Assembly: GCA_963790445.1 (NCBI GenBank)
Contig: CAWBON010000016.1
Location: forward strand, 37,501-101,500
Source of the DNA: an uncultured Alphaproteobacteria bacterium
GTDB taxonomy: Bacteria; Pseudomonadota; Alphaproteobacteria; Acetobacterales; Acetobacteraceae
DNA: 64,000 bases
Direction of reading: 5' to 3'
Shown here: piece after piece, positions 10,719-20,270 of the stretch
Position numbering within the stretch: position 1 is the first letter of the stretch
How the letters are laid out: every line of letters begins with the position of its first letter
Made by a program: the position numbers and the translations under genes
The notes under the pieces: model-generated
The model's input: the letters and a program-made list of their open reading frames with translations, nothing else
Told to the model about the DNA's origin: nothing
Database searches by the model: none

Positions 10719-10895
10719 CAGTCGTTCTCGCCTCGCTGGACCGTCTGCATTGCAACCAGACGAGCGATTCTCAGCGGCATGACGGCGTGGCCGCTGCGGC
10801 CTTCCAGCAATTGACAGGCGAGCCGACGCTGGCGAGTTTCGGCCAAGCCCATCGTTATCATTCGTAAGGCTCCCCGTTCGATCGCATAACTCGCG

Positions 10896-11840
10896 TCAAT
10901 GGTACCGACGCAGAATCAGGCTCATCGGCCAGTCACGATTGTGCTCCTCCACCAGCACGCTCACCGTCGTCCGTTCCTCCCACGCTTCGCGCACCAGCAC
11001 CTCGATGGCGTGCTCGCGTCCGCGGAACCGATGCTCGTGCCCCGCTTCGGTCAGGATCACAAACCCGCAGAAGTCGCCGAAGCGATCGTAGTGTATGGCC
11101 ACCACTTTTCCGGTGTACTCGTGTTCCTTGACCGGCGGGAACGGCGGTGGCGGCTCGTGATGCACTGGGTGTTTGCCGGGCACGTTGCCGACCTGCGATG
11201 GTGGGATTGCGCCGGGGTCCTGTCCGAGGCTCAGCACGAGGCCCTCCGTCAACATAAGATACCGCTGAAGCACGGGCAGCCAGCGGTTGTTTGGCGGAGT
11301 GACTCCGATGCGCCATTTCAACCACGCCAGCAGCCGCTCCTGCGGATAGAGCAGCTCCTGTCCGGGCGTCACGGTGACGGTATATTGGAATGCACCCAGG
11401 ACCTGACGCCAGGAGAATGTCGTCCCCTTCCCGATGCTCTCGGCGACACGGGTCGCAACTTCGATAACCGGTGGCGGCGGTTCGGATCGAACCGTGGCGC
11501 TCACCAGCGTGAGCTGGCGCACGGCGATCGAGTAGGCGTCACGCTGTTTGACCGCCGGCGGCAGATCCACCGCCAGCAACCCTGCATATCGTCCCAGACC
11601 TTGCGGGATCGGAACCAGCGTCACGTCCCCGACGGGACACTGGATCGTGTGTACATCGATCGCGCTCAGGAGGTGCTTTACGTACATTTTGTCTGCCAGC
11701 GCGATGATCTCGGCTGCGGCGACGGCGGGCAGATAAATGGTGCCGATACCGCCCCGGGGTGTTTTGCCCCAGGTGATCATCAGTTCGTCCGCAGGCTGCG
11801 TGGCAGCCGACGCCTTGATCTCGAACGGGTGCGCGATCAT
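10896..11840 (-). CDS. hypothetical protein, downstream partner of the large orphan protein
   Basis: Intact 314-aa ORF. Its ATG overlaps the upstream stop (ATGA at 11837-11840). C-terminal module 'VVAIHYDRFGDFCGFVILTEAGHEHRFRGREHAIEVLVREAWEERTTVSVLV'. No family recognised. Confidence 0.7.
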   Translation of the reverse strand: MIAHPFEIKASAATQPADELMITWGKTPRGGIGTIYLPAVAAAEIIALADKMYVKHLLSAIDVHTIQCPVGDVTLVPIPQGLGRYAGLLAVDLPPAVKQRDAYSIAVRQLTLVSATVRSEPPPPVIEVATRVAESIGKGTTFSWRQVLGAFQYTVTVTPGQELLYPQERLLAWLKWRIGVTPPNNRWLPVLQRYLMLTEGLVLSLGQDPGAIPPSQVGNVPGKHPVHHEPPPPFPPVKEHEYTGKVVAIHYDRFGDFCGFVILTEAGHEHRFRGREHAIEVLVREAWEERTTVSVLVEEHNRDWPMSLILRRYH

Positions 11841-14004
11841 GGCTGAACCCCTAGCCAGGCGATGTTTCGTTGCGCGAGCTTGTCGGTCGTGGCCGTGGTC
11901 GCGCCGTTCGGTATGGGCGTATCATCGAAACGGATCTCTGCGATCAGGCACTGGTGCGGAGCGGCAGCCACCACGCCGTTGAGCGACTCGGTCCCGCTCC
12001 ATGGCCCATCCCATTGCGACTGCAGGAACGGCGGCGTCGGGATCAGGAACGGCGTCGTCTGGTTCACATCGAGCCAACAACCGAAATACGTATCGACTTC
12101 CGTGCCGGGCACGGTCGTGATCATCACCGCGTTCGGCGGGTCCGTTTGCGTCTTCATGTCGGCGGGCGATGTCAGATTGACCCGGTCGGTCGCAAAACAG
12201 GGCACTGTGATGTACTCGGAGCCGAAACCAAGGAAGCCCTCTTGAACACCCAGCAAGGCGATCTTGTGTCCGGGTGTGCCGTTCGGTACCCCATCGATAA
12301 GTACCCGCGCCTGTGCCGACGTCGGTAAAGTTCGAGACTGTGCTCGCGGCACTGAACAGGCGAAAGAAAACCCGGACGGGGCCGACCGTGGTGGTGATGC
12401 CGGACTTGAGCCTGACGCGCGCCACAGCGAAGTTGAAGGCAGGGACAAACGATTCGTCGTTCGGAAAGAACACGATCGCCGACCCTTCCTCGTCCTGCGT
12501 CAGTGCGTTGTCGAACGTGTCGCCATTGGTGATCTGGCTGGGATTGTTGAGATTGTTAAGGACCTGACGGATGTAGGGGATGGCGCCACTGGCGTCCGTC
12601 GGGTTTGGTACGCTGAACATCTGGTGCGGCTGATCGGACGCGACGGTGAAAATCCGCAGGTCGAAACTGAGCCACGTCGGATAGGATGTCGGATTTGCCG
12701 GGTTCAGGTTGAACAGATACGGATCCTCGCCTTTCGCCAGTTCGATATTCGCCTGGCAGCTCACCGGCACAGCGGTCGTCGTAATGTTGTTGTTCGAGTC
12801 GATACCGGTCGGGACTTGCACCGTCAGGTTGGCAGTCAACGTCACGATCGCGACCTGATGCGCGTTGAGCGCGTTCAAGGCGTTCTGGTTGGGAAAGGAA
12901 ATGGTGAACGGGTACAGGAATGTCTGGAAGTTCAGGTTGAGCGTATCATCGATCGCCAGCACCGGCGGTGGGCCGAACGTATTCACCACAGGCAGATTGC
13001 CCGAGATCGTCGCGACCTGGGTGGCCGTCAGGCCGGGATTTAAAGCCGGGTTAAACGTGGCGGCGACCGTTGGCAGGGGACTGGGATTTGCGTTGGACAG
13101 ATTTGGCGGCGAGTTGAAACCCAGTGCGGAGTTGGGGAAACCGTTGACCGCCAGCCAGAACGCCGATCCCCATGTCGGGTTCTGCGTCACTTCGTCCTGC
13201 CCGAACGTGGACTTGTCGAAGTTGAACGACATGTTCATCGCGGTGACGTACATGCTCTGGCTCACTGTCGAGCCAGTAGCTGGCGTCACGTCGCCATACA
13301 CCACATTGGAAGTCTCGCCTGTGCCGGGCTGCGGGCCGCCGCAAGCCGTGCTCGCGTCCTGTAAAGCAAGCGTACCCGGGGACACCGAGTAGGTCAGGGT
13401 GCCCGCGCCTGACGTGAACGTACACGGCGCAAGGCCACCGGGTCCGACAATGTCGAGTTGGAAGCCATAGATCGGATACGTGGCGCCCGTCGGGAATGTA
13501 AACGACGTGTTGGAAACATTGCCGCTGGGATCCGTGACGCTGAATGCCGCGCTGGTGACATTGCCGCTGGTATCAGTCGTAAGCTGAATTTGCATGACCG
13601 AGCCAGCCAGAATTTGGTTCGACGGCGCAGGGCCGAACGACTGGACCTGAAAGTCCTTGGATAGTACCCGGCAGCCATGGCGTCGTGTTCGGAGGATTTG
13701 GTGTGTACCCTGGCGGCCAAAGTTGGCCGGGTGCATAACTCGTCGCCCCGACTGCCCAGTACTGGATCTCCCAGCCAAGCTGGTTGTTCAGCGGCCCACC
13801 AACATAAATTATATACTGAAACCAATTGATGGACTGGTTCTGGCTCGTCGATCCCGGTTGAGGATACGAATTCAACTGCACCGAGAATCCGGTGTTCCCC
13901 ACAGTCACCATATCTTCCGTGACATTCAGGGTTACACTCAGGTTCTGCAGGTTCTGACAACTGTCAACGAGAATCGCGTTGTTGCTGCTGCTCAGGAAAC
14001 TCAT
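11837..14004 (-). CDS. large (~722 aa) Asn/Thr/Pro-rich hypothetical protein (2 frameshifts)
   Basis: Stitched from ORFs 13573-14004, 11922-13778 and 11837-12448 (breaks near 13670 and 12285). No signal peptide. C-terminus 'HQCLIAEIRFDDTPIPNGATTATTDKLAQRNIAW'. No family recognised. Confidence 0.7.
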
Positions 14005-14193
14005 GGTTGATCGTCCCCCCTACGCAATGCAGTCGTGACATGTGCACGGGACTGACTTCGTCGGGCCTGCCAGTCCTCTGGCGACAGCGCAGATCTTCAA
14101 CGCGGCGCAGATGATGGCTCCACCACATCCGCGGACGTTGCCTTGGGCGAGCGTGAGTTGAATTCTACGTCTCTAACGTTGCCTTTTCAACAT

Positions 14194-14217
14194 ACAATTG
14201 CATGAAACAATTGCATG
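14194..14217. repeat. tandem direct repeat ACAATTGCATG-AA-ACAATTGCATG upstream of the orphan cassette
   Basis: Exact 11-nt repeat at 14194-14204 and 14207-14217, about 190 nt upstream of the 14004 start codon. Adjacent 8-bp-stem hairpin CGAGCGAG-TTGG-CTCGCTCG at 14226-14245. Confidence 0.6.
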
Positions 14218-14362
14218 TCCGGCTGCGAGCGAGTTGGCTCGCTCGACACCACGCGAATGAATGGTCCTGGCTCTGTGGAATTGTCGAGCGGCGGGTTTCG
14301 AGCAGCACGCTTTGTCCGCTTTCCCATGCTGTCCTGACGTTAGTCCAGCGAACTGCCGCCAA

Positions 14363-15957
14363 TCACCCTACCCGCCGCCCCTGCCCCACCCAGTACCGCT
14401 CCCGCAACATCCGACGCAGCACCTTGCCGGTCGCGTTGCGCGGCAGCGACTCCACGAAATCCACCGACTTCGGCACCTTGAACCCGCCGATCCGTTCGCG
14501 CGCCCACGCGATCACCGATGCCTCGTTCGCCACCGCGCCACGCTTCGGCACGATGATCGCCTTCACCGCTTCCCCCATCGCTCATCCGGCACACCGATCA
14601 CCGCCACCTCGGCCACATCCGGATGGCCATCGATCGCATTCTCCACCTCGGCCGGATAGACGTTCTCGCCGCCTGACACGATCATGTCCTTCACTCGGTC
14701 GTGGATGAACAGATCGCCGTCGCCATCCAGCCAGCCGGCATCGCCGGTGCGGTACCAGCCATCCGCATCGATCGCGGCCGAGGTCGCCGCTGGCTGTCGC
14801 CAATAGCCGCGCATCACGCCGGCGCCGCGCACCGCGACCTCGCCCACCTGGCCCTGCGCCACGTCGTCCCCCGAGGCATCCAGCACACGCAATTCCACCC
14901 CCGGCACGGGCTTGCCGCAGGACAGCAGCTTGCCCGGCAGATGCGCGTCGGGCGGCAGGCTGGTCACCACGCCGGTCGCCTCGGTCATGCCGTAGACCTG
15001 ACTGAACGCGCAGGGGAACCGCGCCATCGCGCGCCGCAGCAGGTCCTCCGAGATCGGCGACGCGCCGTAGAAGATCTGCTCCAGCGCCGAGAAATCGGCA
15101 TCCGCCGCGTCCGGCGCCGCCAGGATCATCTGGATCACCGTCGGTGTCAGGAACGCATAGGCGACCCGCTGCTCGGCGATGACCCGCGCCAGCTCCGCCG
15201 GAACGATCTCGCGCACCATCACCGCACGGCAACCTTGCGAGACCGCGAGCAGCCCGACGATGGCGCCGGCAACATGGAACACCGGCAACGCCAGCAGCGC
15301 GGACTTGCCCGCCTGCCACCGTCCGTAGCTGAGTTCCCGGCCGACCCGGCATTGCGCCAGACAGTTGGCATGGCTCAGCGGCACGCCCTTCGGCAGCCCG
15401 GTGGTACCCGACGTGTAAAGCTGGGTCACGTCGTCGTCGGCATCGGCCGCCAAGCACGGGTCCTCTGCCGGGCACGCGCCGATCCAGGTGTCGAAACCCC
15501 GGGTGTCGAAGCGCCGGGTGTCGAAGCCAGAGTGCACCGCATGTCCTGGCTCGAACTGCACCAGCGTGCGCAGGTCCGGGCACTCGCCCCCGATGCTCTC
15601 GACCACGCCGGCGAACTCCTGCCCGAACACCAGAACGCCGGCGCCACTGTCGCGCAGGATTGCCGCAATCTCCACCGCCGCAAGGCGCGTGTTCACCGGC
15701 ACAATGCACGCGCGTGCCTTCAGCGCACCGAACCACAGCACTGGGAAGGCATCGGTGTTCTTGCACAGCGTCGCGACGCGTTCACCCGGCCGCGTGCCGG
15801 TGGCAAGCAATGCCTGCGCACACCGACTGGACTGCATATCGAGCTCGCCGAAGCCGGTGTCCCGTCCCTCGAACCAGAACGCGGCCGCGTCGGGACGCAG
15901 ACGCGCCTGAACGCGAACGAAATCGGTCACTGTGGTGACGTCATCGGCCCGGGACAT
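14363..15957 (-). CDS. AMP-dependent synthetase/ligase (acyl-CoA synthetase family; frameshift near the 3' end)
   Basis: 'LYTSGTTGLPKGV' AMP-binding motif, 'YGMTEATG', 'GWYRTGDAG', 'KDMIVSGGENVYP'. C-terminus 'FKVPKSVDFVESLPRNATGKVLRR' lies in ORF 14363-14578. Confidence 0.85.
15487..15528 (-). repeat. in-frame 15-nt tandem repeat (about 2.8 copies) inside the acyl-CoA ligase gene
   Basis: + strand GGTGTCGAAACCCCG / GGTGTCGAAGCGCCG / GGTGTCGAAGCC. Encodes 'GFDTRRFDTRGFDTW' on the minus strand. Confidence 0.8.
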
Positions 15958-16240
15958 GGTTCCCTCCGCACCGGCGTTCACGCGGCTTGGTTGGTCGTAG
16001 TCTAGGCGACGTCGGTCCTTCGGTGCCACAATTACGACCAGTGGGCGAAGCCGACGGTTTCTTGGCGCCCTTTGCTTTGAATCCCTTGCGAAACCCAATC
16101 GGCCCAACTCCCGATGCGATCGCCCAGGATCCGTAGCCAACGTACGTTCCCTCAACCGATCGCGTCGCCTTCATCCAATTCCCGGCGATTGCCGCGCTGC
16201 GTGCTTGACCCGGCTCGCCGAGACTTGGCAACCATGATCC

Positions 16241-17023
16241 ATGTCCATTCCGACATCGGTGCCACTGTTTCGCCTGCTGCTGTGCGGGATGCTTGTCGCG
16301 TCGTCCGCGGCCTTGGGCCAAACGATCCCCACCCCGCCAACCGGCACACTGCAATTGCCCCCGAAGCGGGCGACCACGCCCGCCAGGCCGCCGACCCCAA
16401 TCAAGACGGCGCCGCGCGAACCGGTGCATCGAGTCGAGCCGAAGTCACCACCAGTGGTGCGGCCACATGGCGCGCCACATGCACTGAAGCCACCACCGGC
16501 AAAGCCGACCACTGCCGTTCCCGCCGTCGCTCCGCCGAAGCCACCGGTTCCGGTCGAGCCACCAAAGCAACCCGAAGCCGAGAACAAGGGTTCCACCACC
16601 GGCCTGCCATTGCCGCGCTTCGTCGCATTGCGCACCGATGACGTGAACCTGCGCGCCGGGCCGGGCACGCGCTATCCGATCGAGTGGGTTTACAAGCGTC
16701 GGGAACTGCCAGTGGAGATCCTGCGCGAGTTCGAGGTCTGGCGCCTGGTGCAGGACGCGGACGGCATTAAGGGTTGGGTGCATCAGGCGACCATCACCGG
16801 CCGGCGCAGCTTCATCATCACCGGCGGCGACGCCACACTGCGGCACGAGGCGCAGGACAGTGCTGCGCCCGTGGCGATCCTGAAAGTCGGCGTCGTCGGG
16901 CATCTGCGTTCCTGCCAGGCGAACTCCGACTGGTGCCAGGTACAGGTCGATGACTACCGCGGCTTCCTCAAGCGCAGCCAGTTCTGGGGCACGCTGCCGG
17001 ACGAAGCAGTCGCTAACAACTAA
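16241..17023 (+). CDS. exported SH3b-domain protein with Pro-rich linker
   Basis: Signal peptide 'MSIPTSVPLFRLLLCGMLVASSAALG', Pro-rich spacer, then 'VNLRAGPGTRYPIEWVYKRRELPVEI...DGIKGWVH' and a second SH3-like half. Confidence 0.8.
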   Translation: MSIPTSVPLFRLLLCGMLVASSAALGQTIPTPPTGTLQLPPKRATTPARPPTPIKTAPREPVHRVEPKSPPVVRPHGAPHALKPPPAKPTTAVPAVAPPKPPVPVEPPKQPEAENKGSTTGLPLPRFVALRTDDVNLRAGPGTRYPIEWVYKRRELPVEILREFEVWRLVQDADGIKGWVHQATITGRRSFIITGGDATLRHEAQDSAAPVAILKVGVVGHLRSCQANSDWCQVQVDDYRGFLKRSQFWGTLPDEAVANN

Positions 17024-17174
17024 ATCGCCTGTCGGACGGACAAGCCGAGCGATTCCGGCGGATGTGTCCAATACCGGCGGAATGCGCTGCGCCGTTCCGC
17101 CGGGGCGGCGGTCCCGCGGACAGGCAAAGCTTCCGGCTTCCCAGCAGGTGCCTCGGTGCACTATCGTACGGCGC

Positions 17175-17483
17175 ATGGATAAGGACGTGCCGCGCGCCCA
17201 CCACGACATGGGAGGCGTTTCGAAATACCTGTGCGAGGCGGTGGATGTCGAGCCGCACGCGCTGACCGACTTCGACAAGGAGGTCGACGCGCTTGCTGCG
17301 GTGCTGAGGATGAAGCGCATGTTCACGGTGGACGAGATGCGCCGTGGCATCGAGGCGATTCCCGAGGCCGAGTACCACCGCCTTAGCTACTACCGCCGCT
17401 GGATCCGCTCGATCACCGACAATCTGCTGAAGCAGGGCGTGATCACCGAAGCGGAACTTCGCGCCGCGCTGGACCGCGTGTGA
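17175..17483 (+). CDS. nitrile hydratase beta-subunit N-terminal-half homologue (separate gene)
   Basis: 'HHDMGGV' and 'TVDEMRRGIEAIPEAEYHRLSYYRRWIRSITDNLLKQGVITEAEL' match the N-terminal half of NHase beta. The stop overlaps the next start (GTGTGATG). Confidence 0.75.
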   Translation: MDKDVPRAHHDMGGVSKYLCEAVDVEPHALTDFDKEVDALAAVLRMKRMFTVDEMRRGIEAIPEAEYHRLSYYRRWIRSITDNLLKQGVITEAELRAALDRV

Positions 17484-17767
17484 TGCCGGATTTCGCGGCC
17501 GGTGCGCGCGTGCGTGTCAGGAACGATTGGCCGGAGACGCATGGCCCGGTGCATATCCGCACGCCGCACTATCTGCGTGGCTTGCAGGGCACGGTGGTGC
17601 GGCAACTCGGCGTGTACCCCAACCCGGAGGACCTCGCGTTCGCGCGCCCGGCGGCCAGCCATCCATTGTATCACGTGGCATTCGACCAGCCCGCGGTGTG
17701 GCAGGAAGGCCAGGCGGGCGACGAACTGTTGGTTGAGATCTACCAACATTGGCTGGAACCGGCATGA
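17480..17767 (+). CDS. nitrile hydratase beta-subunit C-terminal (SH3-like) half homologue (separate gene)
   Basis: 'GARVRVRNDWPETHGPVHIRTPHYLRGLQGTVVRQLGVYPNPEDLAF...LYHVAFD...LLVEIYQHWLEP' matches the C-terminal half of NHase beta. ATGA overlap with the alpha gene. Confidence 0.75.
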   Translation: MMPDFAAGARVRVRNDWPETHGPVHIRTPHYLRGLQGTVVRQLGVYPNPEDLAFARPAASHPLYHVAFDQPAVWQEGQAGDELLVEIYQHWLEPA

Positions 17768-18351
17768 ACATCCTGGAAGCCGACAGCGAGAAGCTGCTGA
17801 CCGCGGTGCGCGATCTGCTCGCGGCGAAAGGCGTGGTCTCCAATGCGGAAATCTCTGAGCGGATCGCAATCACCGATGCCGCCAATCCCGGCCAGGGTGC
17901 GCGCATGGTGGCGAAGGCATGGACCGATTCGGCGTACCGCGCACTGATGCTGGCGGACGGCGCCAAGGCAGCCGAGGAACTAGGCATTCCGATGCGCGGC
18001 GCGCCGCCGCTCGGCGTGCTGGAGAATACTGCCGAGGTGCACAACCTGGTGGTTTGCACGCTGTGCAGTTGCTATCCGCGCGCGGTACTGGGCTACCCGC
18101 CGTTCTGGTTCAAATCCGCCGCCTATCGCGCGCGCGGGGTGCGTGACCCGCGCGGATTGCTGACCGAATGGGGCACGGTTCTGCCTGCCGGCGTGAAGAT
18201 CCGCGTCGTTGATTCCACCGCCGATTATCGCTGGATGGTGCTGCCTGCGCGTCCCGCGGGCACGGAAGGTTGGAGTGAGGCACAGCTCGCGGCGATCGTG
18301 CGCGAAGGCGACATGATCGGCGTCACAATCCCGGTGCTGCCAGCACATTGA
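17764..18351 (+). CDS. nitrile hydratase alpha-subunit family protein (Co-type VCTLCSC motif)
   Basis: 'HNLVVCTLCSCYPRAVLGYPPFWFKSAAYRAR'. CTLCSC is the metal-binding claw, and Thr at position 2 is the cobalt-type signature. Confidence 0.85.
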   Translation: MNILEADSEKLLTAVRDLLAAKGVVSNAEISERIAITDAANPGQGARMVAKAWTDSAYRALMLADGAKAAEELGIPMRGAPPLGVLENTAEVHNLVVCTLCSCYPRAVLGYPPFWFKSAAYRARGVRDPRGLLTEWGTVLPAGVKIRVVDSTADYRWMVLPARPAGTEGWSEAQLAAIVREGDMIGVTIPVLPAH

Positions 18352-19303
18352 CCGACCGGCTCGGGGAGTATCGCTCCACCAGATAAAGCGGCCGGTGTTT
18401 GGTTTCGTTGAAGACGCGGCCGAGATATTCGCCGATGATGCCGAGTGTGACGAGTTGCGTGCCGCCGAGGAACAGGATCACCGCCATCAGGCTGGGATAG
18501 CCGGCGACCGGATTGCCGAACATCAGCGTGCGCAGGATCAACTGCGCGCCGAACAGCACCGCGAAGATGGCGACGACGAGGCCGAGATAAGTCGCCAGCT
18601 TCAACGGGCCGACACTGAAGCTGGTGATGCCCTCGATCGCGAAGTTCCATAGCTTCCATAGCGACCACTTGGTGGCGCCGGCGCCGCGTGGCTCGCGGTC
18701 GTAGAGGATCGCGGTACTGGGAAATCCGACCCAGGCAAACAGGCCTTTCATGAAGCGATGGTGCTCGCGCAACTGCTGCACGGCATCCACCACGCGACGG
18801 CTCATCAGGCGGAAATCGCCGACATTCGGTGGCAGCGGCACTTCGCCGACGTTGCGCATGATGCGGTAGAATGCCGCGGCGGTGCGTTTCTTCAGCCACG
18901 TGTCGCCCTGGCGCAGGCGACGCTGGGCGTAGACCATATCGTGGCCGGCACGCCACGCAGCAACCAGCCGGGGAATCACCTCCGGCGGGTCTTGCAGGTC
19001 GGCGTCGATCACGATGACCGCATCGCCGCATGCGTGATCGAGGCCGGCCGTGGTGGCGATTTCCTTGCCGAAATTGCGCGACAGGTTGACCAGCGCGATG
19101 TGGCTATCGGCAAGCCGCAATGCTTCGACGACGCGCAGGGTGGTGTCGCGACTGCCGTCGTTGACGTAGATGACTTCCCACGGCGCATCCAGCGTCGCCA
19201 TGGCCGCGGCCAGGCGCCGGTGCATGTCGCCGATGATCTCGGCTTCGTTGAACATCGGCACGACGACCGAGAACACCGGCCGCGTTTGCGACTGCGTGTC
19301 CAT
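18323..19303 (-). CDS. family 2 glycosyltransferase (GtrB/polyprenyl-phosphate glycosyltransferase-like)
   Basis: Intact 326 aa. 'FSVVVPMFNE', 'VIYVNDGSRD', 'VIVIDADLQDPPE', two C-terminal TM helices. Confidence 0.85.
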   Translation of the reverse strand: MDTQSQTRPVFSVVVPMFNEAEIIGDMHRRLAAAMATLDAPWEVIYVNDGSRDTTLRVVEALRLADSHIALVNLSRNFGKEIATTAGLDHACGDAVIVIDADLQDPPEVIPRLVAAWRAGHDMVYAQRRLRQGDTWLKKRTAAAFYRIMRNVGEVPLPPNVGDFRLMSRRVVDAVQQLREHHRFMKGLFAWVGFPSTAILYDREPRGAGATKWSLWKLWNFAIEGITSFSVGPLKLATYLGLVVAIFAVLFGAQLILRTLMFGNPVAGYPSLMAVILFLGGTQLVTLGIIGEYLGRVFNETKHRPLYLVERYSPSRSVNVLAAPGL

Positions 19304-19758
19304 TCAGACTGCGATGATATGACGCCATTGGGTGAATGCGGGCTTAACGCCGGGTCCGCCGGTCAATGTGGGTTCCACACCGGCCGGCGGCGAATCATCC
19401 CTGGATGAAACCGGTGTACGCAACCTCTTGCAGTCATGGCGGCCTGCCGCCGTGAAGGCGCGGGTACGCAAGAGTATCGCGATGGCGATCTGGCGGTGTT
19501 CGGGGGACCGCATCCTCCGGGCGATTACGACGGGCGTGACGCTATCGTGCGGTCATTCCAGCATGCCGAATGACACGCTACCGTCGCGGCTGTTCTGCGC
19601 CGGGGCATGCGCCGGCACAGAACCAGAACGGAATGGACAGATCACCCGCTACCAAAAACCGGCCAGATTGATTAGCTTGCAACACGCGGTCTGCGGTAGA
19701 CCACGCAATCGCCTATCGCTTCGTCTCCCGGGATGTTGGCGTGACGAAGCCGTGCGAT

Positions 19759-19832
19759 GCGGGTGTAGTTCAATGGTAGAACGGCAGCTTCCCAAGCTGC
19801 ATACGAGGGTTCGATTCCCTTCACCCGCTCCA
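19759..19832 (+). tRNA. tRNA-Gly (anticodon CCC)
   Basis: 74 nt: GCGGGTG acceptor stem pairs with CACCCGC, anticodon arm GCAGC-TTCCCAA-GCTGC (anticodon CCC), T-loop GGTTCGATTCC, encoded 3' CCA. Confidence 0.9.
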
Positions 19833-20270
19833 GCCTACATCGGCGGAGCGACACCATCCCTGCAGACGGGATGTCCCCTGAACAGTTCCGGTCACGGTGC
19901 CGTTGGTCATCATGCTGCCCGGCTCGAGGTCCCACGGATAATGCCCCTCGCCAGTCCCGCGCATGGCATCGGGGAACACCAGCACTTCGATCGCCTGCTG
20001 CTCGCCGTTGGCCCCGTTCCTGGTGGCGATGCCGACATAGCTGCCGCCCTTGATATCGGCGAGTTCGATTTTTTTCACCGCGGCGACGGTCGGTGGGTCG
20101 TGCAGCAGGATGGCGACCGTCGGTCCTTCACGCGTGGCGACGGTCGTGGTCTCGCCCTCGACGGAGGCAATGGTGCCGCGAACCCGAATGGGCGGCGCGG
20201 TTGTTTGGGCGACGGCAGCAACGGCGAACAATGCGGCGGCCAATGCCGCGGGCAATGCGCGTTTAAACAT
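19821..20270 (-). CDS. hypothetical exported protein
   Basis: 'MFKRALPAALAAALFAVAAVAQ' signal peptide followed by a beta-rich body. The 3' end overlaps the tRNA by 12 nt, so the C-terminus may be out of frame. Confidence 0.5.
   Translation of the reverse strand: MFKRALPAALAAALFAVAAVAQTTAPPIRVRGTIASVEGETTTVATREGPTVAILLHDPPTVAAVKKIELADIKGGSYVGIATRNGANGEQQAIEVLVFPDAMRGTGEGHYPWDLEPGSMMTNGTVTGTVQGTSRLQGWCRSADVGWSG

Noticed and set aside
10658-10861. 67-aa minus-strand ORF just downstream of the orphan cassette (possible third gene)
   Set aside because: It overlaps the 3' end of the convergent gluconolactonase gene by about 60 nt and has no recognisable features or RBS. It is not supportable from sequence alone.
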